Below are positions 27,024 to 41,449 of a stretch of 64,000 nt of DNA, piece after piece. Below the pieces are notes generated by a model, which worked only from the letters and a program-made list of their open reading frames with translations, ran no database searches and was not told the origin of the DNA. Within the stretch, counting starts at the first letter, position 1; each line of letters opens with the position of its first letter. The position numbers and the translations under genes were made by a program. The stretch covers positions 16,749,223-16,813,222 of the forward strand of contig NC_068998.1 of the NCBI RefSeq assembly GCF_001194135.2, written 5' to 3'. The stretch is from Octopus bimaculoides (Eukaryota).

Positions 27024-27885
27024 TTAAACAAATCTGGATATTTTGGTGGTGGGGTGGCATTGATGAGGTAATAGTCTGACTTGCATTTTTACTTGTTTTA
27101 TCGACCTGGAGTAGGCAAAAGGCTAAGTCAAATCTTTTAGCATTCCAGCTATATCCTGTGTGTCCTTTATTTAAGATTACGAGTTCAGATTTGAGGGTGA
27201 ATTAATTGCTATTTCTAACAGGTCAAGCAACTATGCAGAAGCCCTTCCCTCCATGTTGATATGCGCGTGCACACACACACGCACACACACACACATTTTC
27301 TGTTTTCATATATTTCTCTACTGTGGGTCTCCTCTCATAGATTTATGTATCTGCAGGGTGTGGCGGTGGATTTGAAGTGTGGGACAGTTTTCCCCCTGTC
27401 ATTAACTTCTTTTCTACTCAAAGAGATAACAGAATTTACTTATTGCTTACTCATTAGAGTTCATGACATCTAAAAAATTATTTAAACCCCCAACCCGCTA
27501 TCATTTATGAGTATAAGTAGGTGCATTAAAAGAACCTTCTTCCTGTCTTTTCTGATAGAATTCCTGGCCTGGACATGGTTGAAGGAGATGCAATTAGAGA
27601 TAGCTTCTTATAACATCAATCAATAATTATCTTATAGATGTTAGATAAAGGGTTTCAATGTTTGAGTTTGTTTTTCCTTGTAATCAGAAGTGTTTTCAAT
27701 GAGTTGTTTTTTTTATATTTATTGTTATTTAATACCCATCCCAAGTGATCTAGCAGATATATATGTGTAATTAAAGGTGTTTCAACCATTCCTATCATAT
27801 CTTATATATATATATATATATGCTCACGGTGGTGCACCAGCATGACCGCAGCCACTTGGCTGAAACACATAAATAAATAAATATA

Positions 27886-28330
27886 TAGGTCTGATCAATA
27901 AGTATCCGGACTGTTGCCATAGTAATGAAGCTAAAGCATGCAGAGTGAAGCTGCTTGGCAAAGGTTGACCTTGGATTCTGCTGTGCATGTACACTAAGTT
28001 TTAATGTTCTATCTCATTTCTGCTGTGTACAGGAGTGCTAGTAAAGAATGTCTGTAGCGTTTGATCATCACATTGACCATGACAGAGAAAGTTGTCATGG
28101 CGATACCTGCTCAAAGGCATATGTAAAGTGGCAGAAAGTGTATGAGCTGCACACAAGTGTAGGAGTGGTTCAGACGTTTCCAAGATGGCTGAAAAAATGT
28201 CGATATTGACGAACGTTCTGAGAAAGACATCACAAATGTTAGTGCAGCTGTGAGGGGAAATCGTAGAATAACCATCCATGAGTTATCATAGGATGTGCAG
28301 ATTAGTTACAGTTCTGTTCAGTGCATTATC
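27886..28330 (+). pseudogene. Decayed mariner transposon 5' part (HTH region)
   Basis: TIR-like ggtctgatcaataagtatccggact; frame TQV*EWFRRFQDG*KNVDIDERS...VRGNRRITIHELS*DVQISYSSVQCI with stops. Confidence 0.75.
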
Positions 28331-28700
28331 CTATCTAATTGTCCAACCAATGCCAGCATGGAACACAGACATTAAATGATGATGATGATGATGATGATGA
28401 TGGCTCTGTGTGTGTGTGTGAGTTTTGTATTTATCTCTCACCACCATTGTTAATTTATTTACATGCCCAAACTTAGTGGTTTAGCAAAAAGAGACTGATA
28501 GAATAAGTGCTAGATTTAAATATGAGGTTAACTGAGGTTAATTTATTTGACTAAATCCTTGAAGGCGGTGTCCCCAGTATGTCTGTGGTCCAATGACTGA
28601 AACAAGTAAAATAAGAGATGTGAGGGACTACATGAACCAAGCCTATAATTTGATTCATTTGATGCTTGCCTTTTACTTACTCATCTTTAAATAAGCGCCA

Positions 28701-28731
<31 letters not shown>

Positions 28732-31388
28732 ATGGGTGTGCATAGGTGTGCCTGTCTCCTTGTTTTGACATCATGTGATAATTGTAAAAGTGTGTCATCA
28801 TCTTACAAGCAGTGTTCTTCATTTCCAATATTACATGAAAACTTGTCTGGCCAAGGGGAAATATTACTTTGCTTGGAAACAGGTGAAGGTTGGCAACAGG
28901 AAGAGCATCTGGCTGGAGAAAATCTGCCTCAACAAATTCTCTTTAACTTGGGAAAGTGGGATGTTAAAATGATGATGTTGTATTTATGTACTCATAAATT
29001 CATGCACGCATGCATATTAAAAATTTAAAATTTAACCTATATAACAAATGGAAAATTGTTTATAAAATAGTTATCAGCTTTAACAGATTCTTTCTTTTCG
29101 TGGTTACCTTTGTCTAAATGCTTTTCCTTTATTGGGAAGAATAGTTTCTGATTTATTAGGGTTTGGATAATGGATAATTTTGAATGGATAAACTGACTCC
29201 TCTGAAGTTGGAAATATTGACTTAAGAAAGAAATGCATTTAATTTGTGACTATGACAGAACATAAAATACCTTCAGTTTGTCTGCTGCTTGCTATGAGGT
29301 TTCAAAGTAGTGATTTATTAAATTTAGCAGGATTTGCATTACATGTACAAGTTTACTTGGAATGAATATTATGCTGTATGTGTATGTCTCTCTATAATTA
29401 TTTTGAACAAAATAAATTTTGGACCAGAATGAAGTGTTAGTAATGTCTATGAAATATTAAATGTTATAGAAGGGTAATTAGGAAGGGTTTTGTTAAAATC
29501 AAGTTGGTGTCTGGTTTTAGATTCTTTATTGTAGTTAATTTCAGAAGCTAAAGTAGTTCATTCGTTGACTCTGTTTTGCACAGGACAAATAAAATCCACA
29601 AAGAACTATTGTGACTTAATAATAAATGAAAGGTTTAAGAAAATATCAGAGTTTTTATAGATAAAATTCCTTGAGAAAGATGAAACAGCTTTCTAAATTT
29701 TTTCATTTTTTTTAGCAGTATAAAAGTCTGTATGTTGTTGATTGATGTCAAAAAGAGTTTTTTTTTTATATGAAAGTGTTGGCTATTTCTTATTTTAAAT
29801 TAAAGATTATAAACATACATACTTGTACAATTAAACCTTGGGAGAGGCATTATGCCGGTAATAAACACACGCACTGGTTCAGTCCTTTATTAATTTATAT
29901 AGTTTTTTGTTAAATTATTTCATTGCACTCTTGCAATCTCTTCAGTAACTTGTCTCTCCACTTCCATTTATTTTGAATATATGATCTGGCGTTGTTTTGG
30001 CGTTGTTTCAAAACTGTTTGGTATGAGCATGTGAGTGTGTGCAAGCTCGTATGTGTGCACGCTCATATGTGTGCACGCACTTATGTGTTCGTGCTTATAT
30101 GTAAGTATGTGCGTCCATATGTGTGTTTGTCACAATTTCGTTTATATCAGATCAGATAGAGACTTTTTAATTAATTTATTTACGTTCATATTCCGCATCA
30201 TATGTGTGAACAACACATGCAACCATGGGCAATTGTAAGGCCCTCATCTACGTGTACTTGTGTTATTAGGCTACTATCTCTTATATTTTTCTTAGCATAA
30301 AATTAACCAAAATATTTGAGAATCCCTTGTCTTTTGTTGACTATAACTTTAATTCTCACATTTTGTCAATCAAACCAAAAAGCAACAACAAAATCTAACT
30401 ATTCCATACTAAATACTCAATATAAAAGCATCTAATATTTGTGATAAATGAAAACTTTTGTCTGTCTTCTTAATTGGAGATTTGAGACTGTTGATGTTGA
30501 AATATTTAAGAAGCTGCTGGTTCTAAATGGCAGGCCAGTGTCTTTTTACCCTTGATGTTGTTCACAGTGGAGAAAGTTTTATCTTACTTTAAATTTTACT
30601 CAGTGAGATTCAACTTCTCCAACTGCAAACTTCATCAATCTCTCGGACTTTCAATGGCTGCCAACAGTATGCATCTTCATTTTGTTTCACTATGGTAATC
30701 TTTATTTATTTATTTTATATTTTTTTATTTTTCTTATATGAAATTAATTTGAAATAAATGTTTTAGTTTTATCCCATTTTATATATTATATTTTATATTT
30801 TTATTTTATATATTTCAAAATTAATTTATTATTTCTTTTGTTGCAATAAAAATTATTGAAAAAAAATCTAAAAGCCTCTTCATAACTTTATTTAAAATTT
30901 TAAACAAAAATTAGTTATTAAACAATCTGTTGTTTACATTGCAAAGAATTAATTGATTGAATGACTGAAGTGCTGAAATTAATACAAAGCCATATATAAG
31001 TCACTTTAATTTAGTGAATTCTGTTTCTCTTTTACTCTAAATACCAATCTAGCTTTATGCAAAGTGTATGATAATTACGCTTTAAAGCATTTTCCGAAAA
31101 CTAATACAATTTTCTACATGGTAAAATGTATTATTGATGAAAAATTCCAATCAAATCAAGCCATGATAGTGTGGAAGAATGACTTCAATATTTTTATGCT
31201 AATTAATTTTGTTTATAGCATTCATCTAAATATTATTGTTGGTTGCAATAATTTAGAAATAGTAAGTCGGCTCTGTCTGAAGATTTGGTAGTAATTATTG
31301 CTGCTGAATTCATGAATTTCTTGAATATTTTAAATAATTGTTTTAAGATCTACTGAGTGGATGTCTGGAACTAAATTTGTATCTTTAA

Positions 31389-31620
31389 CCCTTTAGCATT
31401 TAAACCAGCCATGTCCGACTCATATATTCTATCTCTTTTATGTTTAAACAGGCTAGAATCTAGCCTAGATCATATAGCCTCTCATATCTACCCTCCAATG
31501 CCATTCTAAAAATAAACAAACACATCATTAAAATCTCAAAGCTACGAAATAATGCATGATTAATTCAAAACAATGTGAATCAATAAACATTACATTTGAC
31601 AGAATGTGAATGCTAAAGGG
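31389..31620. mobile_element. piggyBac-like MITE family A
   Basis: TTAA|CCCTTTAGCATT ... AATGCTAAAGGG|TTAA (12-bp perfect TIR). Other copies at ~24910-25140(-), ~26660-26810, ~42570-43170, 50396-50926 and ~61240-61420. Confidence 0.85.
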
Positions 31621-32239
31621 TTAATACTGGTAAGGTTTGGTGAAGTAGGTATCAGAATTTAGTTTTACTTCACAGTAGAAAATGGGGAAGCATTAAAAAA
31701 TGTATATAGTGTAAGAATGAATTAAGAATTGTATGAGAGCATGAGATATATTGATTACATTTATTTTGAATTAAATTATTTAAATGATTTATTATATATC
31801 AAGTGTTATATTTGAGAGAGAAAATTGTGATACTTCGTACACGTATTTCAAGGCTATTTTCCTTGCTGAAGGTAGGGTTACAGGCTCCATGACAGTCTTT
31901 TCCATTTTTCCCTTTCCTCTACATCTCTCCTGCCTCACACTCTTACCCTCATTTCTTCCTTCATCTTTGTTGATGTCTTTAATGGTCTACCTTTACTTTC
32001 ATATTCCTTTCTGTCACTCTCCTAATCTACTCTCCTTCATCCTTCCTCAGCACATGAAATAAAATTTCAAGTTGGGATGAAATATAATTTTAATATTTTA
32101 ATCTTTCTTCTAATAAATTCTTTGTTGAATTCTGTGAGTGATGAGAATGTAATGTATGAAGTGGATGAGTTAGTTTTTGAAGAATGTATCACAAAGTAAT
32201 AATCTTTGATAACTTGGACAGAAATAAATCTTTGATTCA

Positions 32240-32281
<42 letters not shown>

Positions 32282-32381
32282 NNNNNNNNNNNNNNNNNNN
32301 NNNNNNNNNNNNNNNNNNNNNNNNNNNNNNNNNNNNNNNNNNNNNNNNNNNNNNNNNNNNNNNNNNNNNNNNNNNNNNNNN
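32282..32381. other. Assembly gap of exactly 100 N inside a (TA)n tract (possibly unknown size). Other gaps: 1642-1651, 36813-36847, 52771-52964, 54167-54620, 55008-55030, 57532-58438, 59925-60260
   Basis: N runs seen directly. Confidence 0.95.
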
Positions 32382-35300
32382 TATATATATACATATATAT
32401 ATATATATATGGACTGGTGAGTGTTGATTTGATTTTGATTATTGCTGAAAGAAAGAACTGTTATATACCTGCTATTTCTAACTGTTATTTCCCTAACTCC
32501 TACAGGTTTTAGGTTTCATGTCTAAATGGAAAAGACAACAGAAGCCCTATTCATCTTTCTCTACCTCCTTCCTCAAGGTGTTATGCATTAGAAAAGCTTG
32601 TATGCTAATAAACAATAAAAGATGATTCACTGGTTTAGCTTAATGCATGAGGAGCATAAGGAAAATTATATAGCAACAATATCCTCGTGAATTTCCCATC
32701 TGAATTTGCAAATCTGTTCACTTTGTTCAAATAAGAAACTAGTTCAGATCCTTTGAATTATCTGTTTTGATAATTAGAATGCTGTTTGGAGAGTACCATG
32801 ATAGAGATTTAACAGTAAAGGAATTTTTAGGCACAAAATATATCAAACCCTGCCAACCCCTGTCAAGCATTCCTCCACATTTCATCTTCCTAACACTCAT
32901 CACTCTTCTAACTATGGCACTACCCAGCTATTGTTATCATTTGTGAGTAGAATCGGCATATAGTTCATCCCCACTTTTTCACTGTCACTTACCTCCTGCT
33001 CCTTGGAACCCAAGGAATGATAAATATATACTCATTAAAACACATAAAATAATGAAGTAGTCTTATATGTAAGAATAACCAATCAATGTTAGAATAGAAA
33101 GTGAGAAAATGCATGTTGTATTAGACTACTAATTTGGAGTAGTTCAAATCCATAGTGTACACACCATGGTTCTTGGGAAAAGTTAGCAGACTTTCTAGGA
33201 AATTACCTGTGGCAGACTGGTATTTTGTCCCAAGGAAGCTTCTTCTATTTCTGTTTTCAGAAACTGATAAAGCTTCCAGTGGAAAAATTGTAATGCAATA
33301 TATAAGACCTTTGCTTATAATGTAAGGAATTACCATATTTGCAGGTGTATAAGATCTGTTTTTTTTTTTATTACATCTTTAAATATATCAGAAAATTGCT
33401 CTGCATTTAATGCATCATATTATGCATAGGAGACTGAGTATTGTAGGCTTGGAAGCTGGATGAGTGTATGTCTGTTAGGTACACTAATTGTTACTAATTA
33501 TAAAATATTGAAGACAAACATTCTGTTACCACAAACTTACAAAAAATTGCTTATGGTACGTTGGCAGTTATGTGGGGAGGTAATACCATTTCATGGCACT
33601 ACCTTCCCTAGCATACATAAGCCACATCTGGTTTATGTCTTACATTATTTAATAAGTGTGTTACCTTCAGGAAACATTTTTTAATTATATAAGTGAAAAC
33701 ATTCCAAGGAAGATGAAAGAAATGTTAATCTTTCTCCTTCCTGCCAGTTATTTGCAATGAGTGGATGACACAAAACCGTAGTTGTGGTGCACCATCCTGA
33801 TGGTCAGTCGCTAGGAACACAAAGCATCACAGCCAAAAATACAAGTTTTGCACCCGATATAGCAGTTTTCTTGACCAAGGTATAAACAACTGTACAGCTA
33901 ATTTGAAAGAATATGAACTTGTGACACGGTACTTGCATAACATTATTTATTTATAAGTTTATGGTTTCGTACTTTATTCCAGTATATTTCCACAACTTTG
34001 TACTTGCATGCACAGAATCATACATTGCCCCTACAAAAATATCTTTCAGTAAGTGGATAATGAAACATTAAAAGTTTTCTCTTTTCACCCCCCCCCCCCA
34101 CAAATATATTTGTAAAATATAGTGCTTCTCATGCAAGAGTGCATCTTATATGCTGGTAAATTTGGTAACTAAGATTTTAATGTAAATGATATTAGATGTT
34201 ATATAAGAAATGTCTTCTACTATAGCCTCAGGCTAACCAAAGCCTTATTAGTGGATTTGGTAGATGGAAACTGAAAGAAGCCCGAGATGTGTGTACCTTT
34301 GTGTCTGTGTTTGTTCCCCATCACTGCTCAATGGTGTAGGTTACGATTATATCAGAATTTAATTTTTTAAGAAAAGAGAGAGGATGGATATTTCATGCAT
34401 CTCTACTTTGCTTTCTCATATAGTTTGTTGATTTAATTACAATTATGTTGAAAAAAATTAACTTTTGAGACCCTCATGATCCTGTTTTTTCTAGCATACT
34501 AAACGACCACATAGAGGATGGGTTACCTTTCTGTATTGTTTAAAAGAGTGAGATTAAGATTGTGATAAAAGAATGAAAGAAATATGTATCAGTAATTAGT
34601 GCTAGCATTATATTCTCCTCTCTGCTGAGATTTCAGAGAATTTTTAGGGATAGGCTGGAATGGTCCTCAAAAATAATTTCTTTTTTTCAACATAATTGTA
34701 ATTAATAGAGCAACACTTGTTGTCACACTTGTTGTCACACATATGTACGATGGGCTTCTTTTAGTTTCCATCTACCAAATCCACTCACAAGGTTTTGGTT
34801 GGCCTGAGGCTATAGTAGAAGACACCCAAGGTGCCATGCAGTGGGACTGAACCTGAAAGCATGTGGTTGGGAAGCAAACTTCTTACCGCACATCCACACC
34901 TACTCCTGGAAAAAAAATCATCCAAAAATATAAGGTAGCAGTCATTATAGCTTCTAAAATTTGTCACTGTATTCAGGTAGGCCATTCATTAAGTTTATTG
35001 AAAAATATATGTCTGAATAATTTCTAAGTACTTGATTAATCATTCTATCAGTGATTATAGTACTTAGATTTTTCACGTGGATGCAGTTTTGTTATTATCA
35101 AGTGTCATATATTTGGTACTTTGTGATTTACACAAAAACCCGTATTGTAAGTTAAGTGTCAAGTTTCAAATATATCAACAAAAAAAAAAAAGTTAAGTTA
35201 ATGAAGCTGAAAAAGTAAGAGATGAGGGTGTTGGTGGAGCCCTACTTGGTAGGGAAGATATTACTAAAATATCTGGGCCAAAATGAAAATGTTGACACAA

Positions 35301-35997
35301 CAGCAGTGAGAATGAGGTTGCTATTGATAGAACATTTGTTAAGACTAGACTGGTTACCCCTCCCAGCAAGATTGTGAAGAAGGAAAAAGAAAGAGTTGCT
35401 ACCCACAAGGAAGATATTGTTTCAAATTTTCACATAAGCCCAGTTATTTTGGGGAAGGGGTAAGTTGATTACATCAACCCCAGTGCTCAACTGGTGCTTA
35501 TTTTATTGACCCTGAAAGGAGGCAAAGCTGACCTCAGTGGAATTTGAATAAAATACTACTATCCATTTTGCCTGGCATTCTAACAATTCTGCCTTCTATT
35601 TTGCCAATAGAGAAGGCACCTAAATATCACCATTTCAGTACCTAGGTATTTCATTTCCAGTTAATTCTTCAGCTCTTTAGTTCTTGATAGTTTATTACTT
35701 TCACCCTTTCGCATTCAAATGGAAAAGACCCCCTTCAATCATGAATGACCATGGGATTGCACTTAGGAAGTTCCTTCTGAGGCACAAGTCCGGGTAAAGT
35801 TGTTTATGGAAGACCAGCAGTTGCCCATACATACCAGCCTACTTTCTCATGCCACTCTCAGATAGGTTTCCTACATGGGTTAAATTATGTTAGGATCACT
35901 TTGATGGAAAGTACTACATGTGAATTTTTTGATGGAGGAGAGGAAGGAAATATTTGGCTTTACAGTATTTGCTAATTTATCAAGAAGCAGTGAACAC

Positions 35998-36032
<35 letters not shown>

Positions 36033-37202
36033 TGTCTGTCTGTCTGTCTGTGATTCAAATTGATGTAAAGAGATTAAGGAAAACAATAGGATGATACTGT
36101 GTTAGAAACCTGGAGAAAGAGTTTACTATTTCAATCTATTCCAGTTCATAAATGTGGAAGTATTTGTGTACCTGTGTGTGTATGTATGTATGTGTGGGTG
36201 GGTTGGTGTTTGTATGTGTGTATCTGTGTTCCCCGTGCTTTCTTTTATGGTGAGTGTGTCAATCGTCTGTCTTCAAAGGATACTGAAGGAATGGAAAGAA
36301 TCAAAATAGAATTAAGGTTGCTTGAATAAATGAAATATCTTCATGATTGTCATACAAACTACTCACAGGAGCAACCAAGGGAAACTCTACTTGGTCCAAA
36401 CGACTAGAAATACCAGCCAACTCTCTCTTGAATCACACCTGCTATCTTAAAAATGTATACATTGGACAAAGATATACAAATGACTGATGTAATGGAATGT
36501 CTTTAATCATAGGTGAGCTCAATGGGGACTGAAATGAAACTACAACAACTACTACTACTTAGATGCCTCTGACCATAACCACAAAAATGGACAGTACAAT
36601 CATGCATAAAAATATTTATCTGAAAATGATCCACATGTAGGCACAGGTGTGGCTGCATGGTAAGGAGCTAGCTTCCCAGCCACATGGTTCTGGATTCAGT
36701 GTCACTGCATGGAAACTTGGGCAAATATCTTCTACTATAGATTTGGGCCAACCAAAGCCTGGTGAGTGGATTTGATAGAAAGAAACTGAAAGAAGCCCAT
36801 CGTATATATATANNNNNNNNNNNNNNNNNNNNNNNNNNNNNNNNNNNTAATATAAGGAAAATGGAGAGTTTGAACACAGAAAAAAATCAATTTATATAAA
36901 TATAGTAGTCAATTTCATGTCACCTATGTACTTTTCAATTTCTTACCTTCATTCATATTATGCAATTAAGATCGCGTTATGCATTTAAAAGGTAAAAATC
37001 TCTTCAGGGCAAAAACTGACAAATATTCGTTCATATCCTAATGGATGGAGAATTGCTTATAGACTGAGAGAGCAGCATGTGTTTGTGTTTGTCAGTATGT
37101 GTATCTTTTGGATTCCTTTCTAAAAATAGCTTGAGGTTAAACTACGACCACAGTGGACAATGGCTAGTTGTAGTTCAGAGGAACAAGGTCATACTACAAC
37201 CA

Positions 37203-37871
37203 GACATTTTCATAGAGAACGCATTTCTTGTCACCAGTCACTATTCAGTCCAAAAACGGTTCATTTGTGAGACGTGACAGCAAAGGAGAGCACACATTCA
37301 CTCTCTGCACATGATTAGACTGGGAAAGTTTGAGGAACCCTTTGACATAATTTGCTGACTTTTCCGATGACACACAGGTGTCAATGAATGGTTGAATGAT
37401 TAAATTCAAGCTTCTCTGTTAGTTCCTCAACAGTTATGATGGGATTTTGTTCTACCAGGGTATGCAGGACATCCTTTTTGAGCTCTACAGATCTTCCAGG
37501 ATGAGGCTCATCTAGGCTGTAGTTTCCAGCTTGGAATTTCTAGAACCATCATTGACACTGGCTTACACTTATTGTCCAATTCCCATATACTTCATTAATA
37601 TTCCTCGCACACTTTCCGTTGTGTTGTTGTCTTTATTGAACTCATAAAGCAAAATATACTGAATATGCTCCTTTCTCACTTCCATTATAGCTTTTAGAAA
37701 AATAACTGTTAAAATCAGACTGCACTCTTCAAAACTTGCACTAAGAATAAGGACAAGGTAAAATTATTTCCAGCTTTTATTGCAAGTGGATGCAGGTAGT
37801 TTATCCCATCCCCCTCCGACTTTTAGTTCATGCAATTGAAAAAACCGCATTATTTATTGCATAACCTAACA
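37203..37871 (-). pseudogene. Decayed mariner transposase (N-terminus to the first catalytic Asp motif) with left TIR
   Basis: Minus strand from 37685: MEVRKEHIQYILLYEFNKDNN..., later EPFLD*IVTGDKKCVLYENV (ITGDEKW motif). TIR tgttaggttatgcaataaataatgcgg at 37871. Confidence 0.8.
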
Positions 37872-38285
37872 TATATAAATGCGCGCGCGTGTCTGTCTGT
37901 CCTTGTCTCTCCCACCATCACAAGACAACTGATGTTGGTGTGTTTATGTTCCCATAACTTAGCAGCTTGGCAAAGGAGACTAATAGAATAACTACTAGGT
38001 TTACCAACTGAAACCCTTTAAGGTGGTGCTCCAGCATAACCGCAGTCCAATGACCGAAACATGGAAAAGAATAAAGGAATATCTGGAAATACTAAAGGTT
38101 TATGATGACTGATAATAAACATTTATTGGAAAAAAAACTTGGATGTGGGATTAAATTAGCCAAGGATATAATGGGAATAGCTTTGCAAAATAAATCAGGT
38201 TAGATAACTCTTTGATAATCCCCTACCATTAGATATTTTGTCTCTTATTCTTATGATTTAGTCAAAGATTGAAAGATAGCACCCA

Positions 38286-38625
38286 TGATCATCATCATCA
38301 TCATCATCGTTTAACGTCCGCTTTCCATGCTAGCATGGGTTGGACGATTTGACTGAGGACTGGTGAAACCGGATGGCAACACCAGGCTCCAGTCTGATTT
38401 GGCAGAGTTTCTACAGCTGGATGCCCTTCCTAACGCCAACCACTCAGAGAGTGTAGTGGGTGCTTTTACGTGTCACCCGCACGAAAACGGCCACGCTCGA
38501 AATGGTGTCTTTTATGTGCCACCCGCACAAGCCAGTCCAGGGGCACTGGCAACAATCTCGCTCGAAAATCCTACAGGAGCCAGTCAGGCGGTACTGGCAA
38601 TGGCCACGCTCAAAATGGTGCATCT
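38286..38625 (-). mobile_element. V-domain SINE-like element (deletion subfamily)
   Basis: Reverse complement of the 4500-4791 family; lacks a 21-nt block. Confidence 0.8.
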
Positions 38626-39438
38626 CATGATGTGTATAGAAATAAGTAAGTCATGACTCAAGAGATTGCTGTATTAAGAAGTACCATATCATCATATCAA
38701 ATCAGTATCTGATCTGAATACTTACAACAGAGTGGACCCTCTCAAAAAGTGTCCAGTGGGCTATATGCTAGTTAAGTCAGTCAATTGATTAGGATTCATG
38801 GTTTAACTATTTATAAGATTTCTCTATTTGCTTTGGTAATTTGACTGTGTTTGAATTCAGAAGTGTACAACAAGTACATCTTTGCTCTATGTAAAATCTT
38901 ACCATTCATTTCCATTATTGTTTGTGTCACTAAATATGAAATCTAGTAAACATGGTGGTAGGATTTATATTTGTGGGAACAATACAATATGTTAGTTATA
39001 ACTTCCATTAATTGTAAGTTATAACTAACGTATCTGCTAACCTATTGAAAGTCTCACATTCCAAGCAGCAACGATTGACCACTTCATGAAATTGACCTCT
39101 GGGTTGCCTGTATTAAAACCAAGTACTTGCTCGTAAATACTTTTTCTGTTGTTTATTGGCAGGTAGACCCTATTAGCATGTCAGACTATATCAGTTAAAT
39201 AAAGGAACACATTACTCTCTCTCCCTCTCTCTCTTGTTTGATGCTTTCTCTCTCCCTCTCTCTCACACACATTCTTCTGCCACTTTCTTTCTCTCACACA
39301 CACATTCCTTATCTCTCTCTCTCTCTCTCTCTCTCACCATACTCTTACCTCTTTCTCTGTCTCTTTTCACTTCTCTCTCTCACTCTCTCATACACACATG
39401 CACACATTCTTCTGCCACCTTCTTTCTCTCACACACAT

Positions 39439-39471
<33 letters not shown>

Positions 39472-39737
39472 AACTAGCATTGATAACTGTTCTCTGGGTC
39501 TAATGTGTAGGCTGTAGTAAAGTAAATAGGTACTTTACCCATAGAATATATATTCAAATCTTCTCAAGAAAAGTTTAAATGTCTAACTTCTAAGATAGTT
39601 ATAGTATGTATAGTTTATCTTACATCACAATTTGTGAAAAATACCATGTTTGCTGAAAGGTTTCCATTGAAACACACACTGGTTCACTGCATTTCTGATG
39701 GCTTGAGTAACAAAAGAATGTCTCTCTATCCATCTAT

Positions 39738-39779
<42 letters not shown>

Positions 39780-40221
39780 AGATAGACAGACAGACATGTG
39801 TAGCTTGTAAAGACTAAAACTCCCATCAAATGAGCAAGGCTGCAGCTGAGGTAGGTGGCTTTATTCAAAGAGATGAGGGATTAAGCCATGAGAGAAAGGA
39901 CCTGAACAGAACAGGGTGGATGCTGTAGATGAGCTACAGTGCTCCTCATATTGCAGAAAAATGGGTGAATACATACAGTGCTGGTGTCTGGTAAGAAGCA
40001 CCCATGTTGGTGTCACGTAGGGTTCTCCCAGTACACTCTGTAAAGTGGTTGGCATTAGGAAGGGCATCCAGCCATAGAACCCATGACAAAACAGATGCCT
40101 GAAACCTGGTACAGCCCTCTGGCATGCCATTCAACCCATGCCAGCATCTGAATACTGAGTTCAGCAATGTTTTGTAAGTGAATTTGGTTGATAGAAACTG
40201 TATGGAAGCCTGTTGTGTGTG

Positions 40222-40262
<41 letters not shown>

Positions 40263-40853
40263 CACACACGTGTGTGTTTGTACCCCTACTACATGACAAC
40301 TGGTGTTGTTTTGTTTATGTCCCTATAACTTAGCAGTGGAGCATAAGAGACTGATAGAATAAGTGTCAGACTTTATAAAAGAAATGTAAGCACTAGGGTT
40401 CGATTTGACTAAATCCTTCAAGGGGCTGCCTCAGCATGGCTACAATCCAATGACTGAAACAAGTAAAACATAAAGATAACAGAAACATGAAATTAACCGT
40501 GAAATAGTTGGATATTTTAATAAATCTCCAAAATATGATTATTTTCAAAATAAATTGAAACAGTTTTCTTTCATTAGAAATACGGTCACAAATGGGTTCA
40601 AAGAATCTTCTGAAATAATATTGTTTCATGTTATTTGTTTAAGCATAAAATAAACAAATTGTTTTAATAACCATCTAAGTATCATGCTCAATATATATAC
40701 ACTGTTGATCGGCCAGTTACTGTGATAGTTATCTTGCTATAACATCTCTTATGGATGTTTGAATGATTTATTCACTTTTTCCTATAGAAGAGGTGACGAA
40801 TTCTCATTCAGTCATGTGGTTGACTGAGTATCTACCATTGTAAAGGTGTAAAA

Positions 40854-41148
40854 CGGGTTTTCAAACTTTTTGACTTGCGGACCCCTTTATATTTCAGGCT
40901 TTACCTTAGGAACCCCCTTATAAACGCTTATGAAATTTATACATAAATATTTGCTTAAAATAACATATATTTTTACATTTATTTACTTTACAGTATTTAA
41001 CAAATAGGTTTGTTGTCAATTAAAAGATTTCGATTAAAAAACATATATAAAATCAAATTGCCCATAAAAAGTATTTGCTGTCCACGGACCCCCTGTCTTG
41101 TCCTTGCAGACCCCCTGTGGTCCGCGGACCAGAGTTTGAAAACCCCTG
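40854..41148. mobile_element. hAT (Charlie-like) MITE
   Basis: Ends cgggttttcaaact / agtttgaaaacccctg; TSD gtgtaaaa / gtctaaaa. Confidence 0.75.
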
Positions 41149-41449
41149 GTCTAAAACACCCAAAATGCATCTGGTATTTTTATGGGCCACTACTGGAATG
41201 AATTTTCATATCCCTTCAGATATTTTTTGTGTTTTCAACATAGCATATCCATAAGAGATGTTATCTCGGTACAAATACTGCTGTAATTGACCCATCAACA
41301 AGGTATACACATTCACCATGATATATAGATGGTTATTTAAATTTAATACTGTTTCAATTGCATATACTGGATTTTTATTATTTTGAGTATTAATTAAGGA
41401 CTCTTTTAGACTTATCCATAAAAGTAATGTATTTTCTATTTAATTTCAG

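Noticed and set aside
30227-30251. gggc...gccc hairpin followed by ctac, resembling a Helitron 3' end
   Set aside because: The terminus is not CTRR and no 5' TC end could be located.
32831-33321. Candidate + exons 32831-32942 and 33261-33321
   Set aside because: Splice-like ends and open frames, but no convincing SZT2 similarity and the phases do not link properly to exon 41450.
35190-35460. Purine-rich protein-like stretch (VNEAEKVRDEG...KKEKERVATHK)
   Set aside because: Interrupted by stops, no splice context and no recognisable family.
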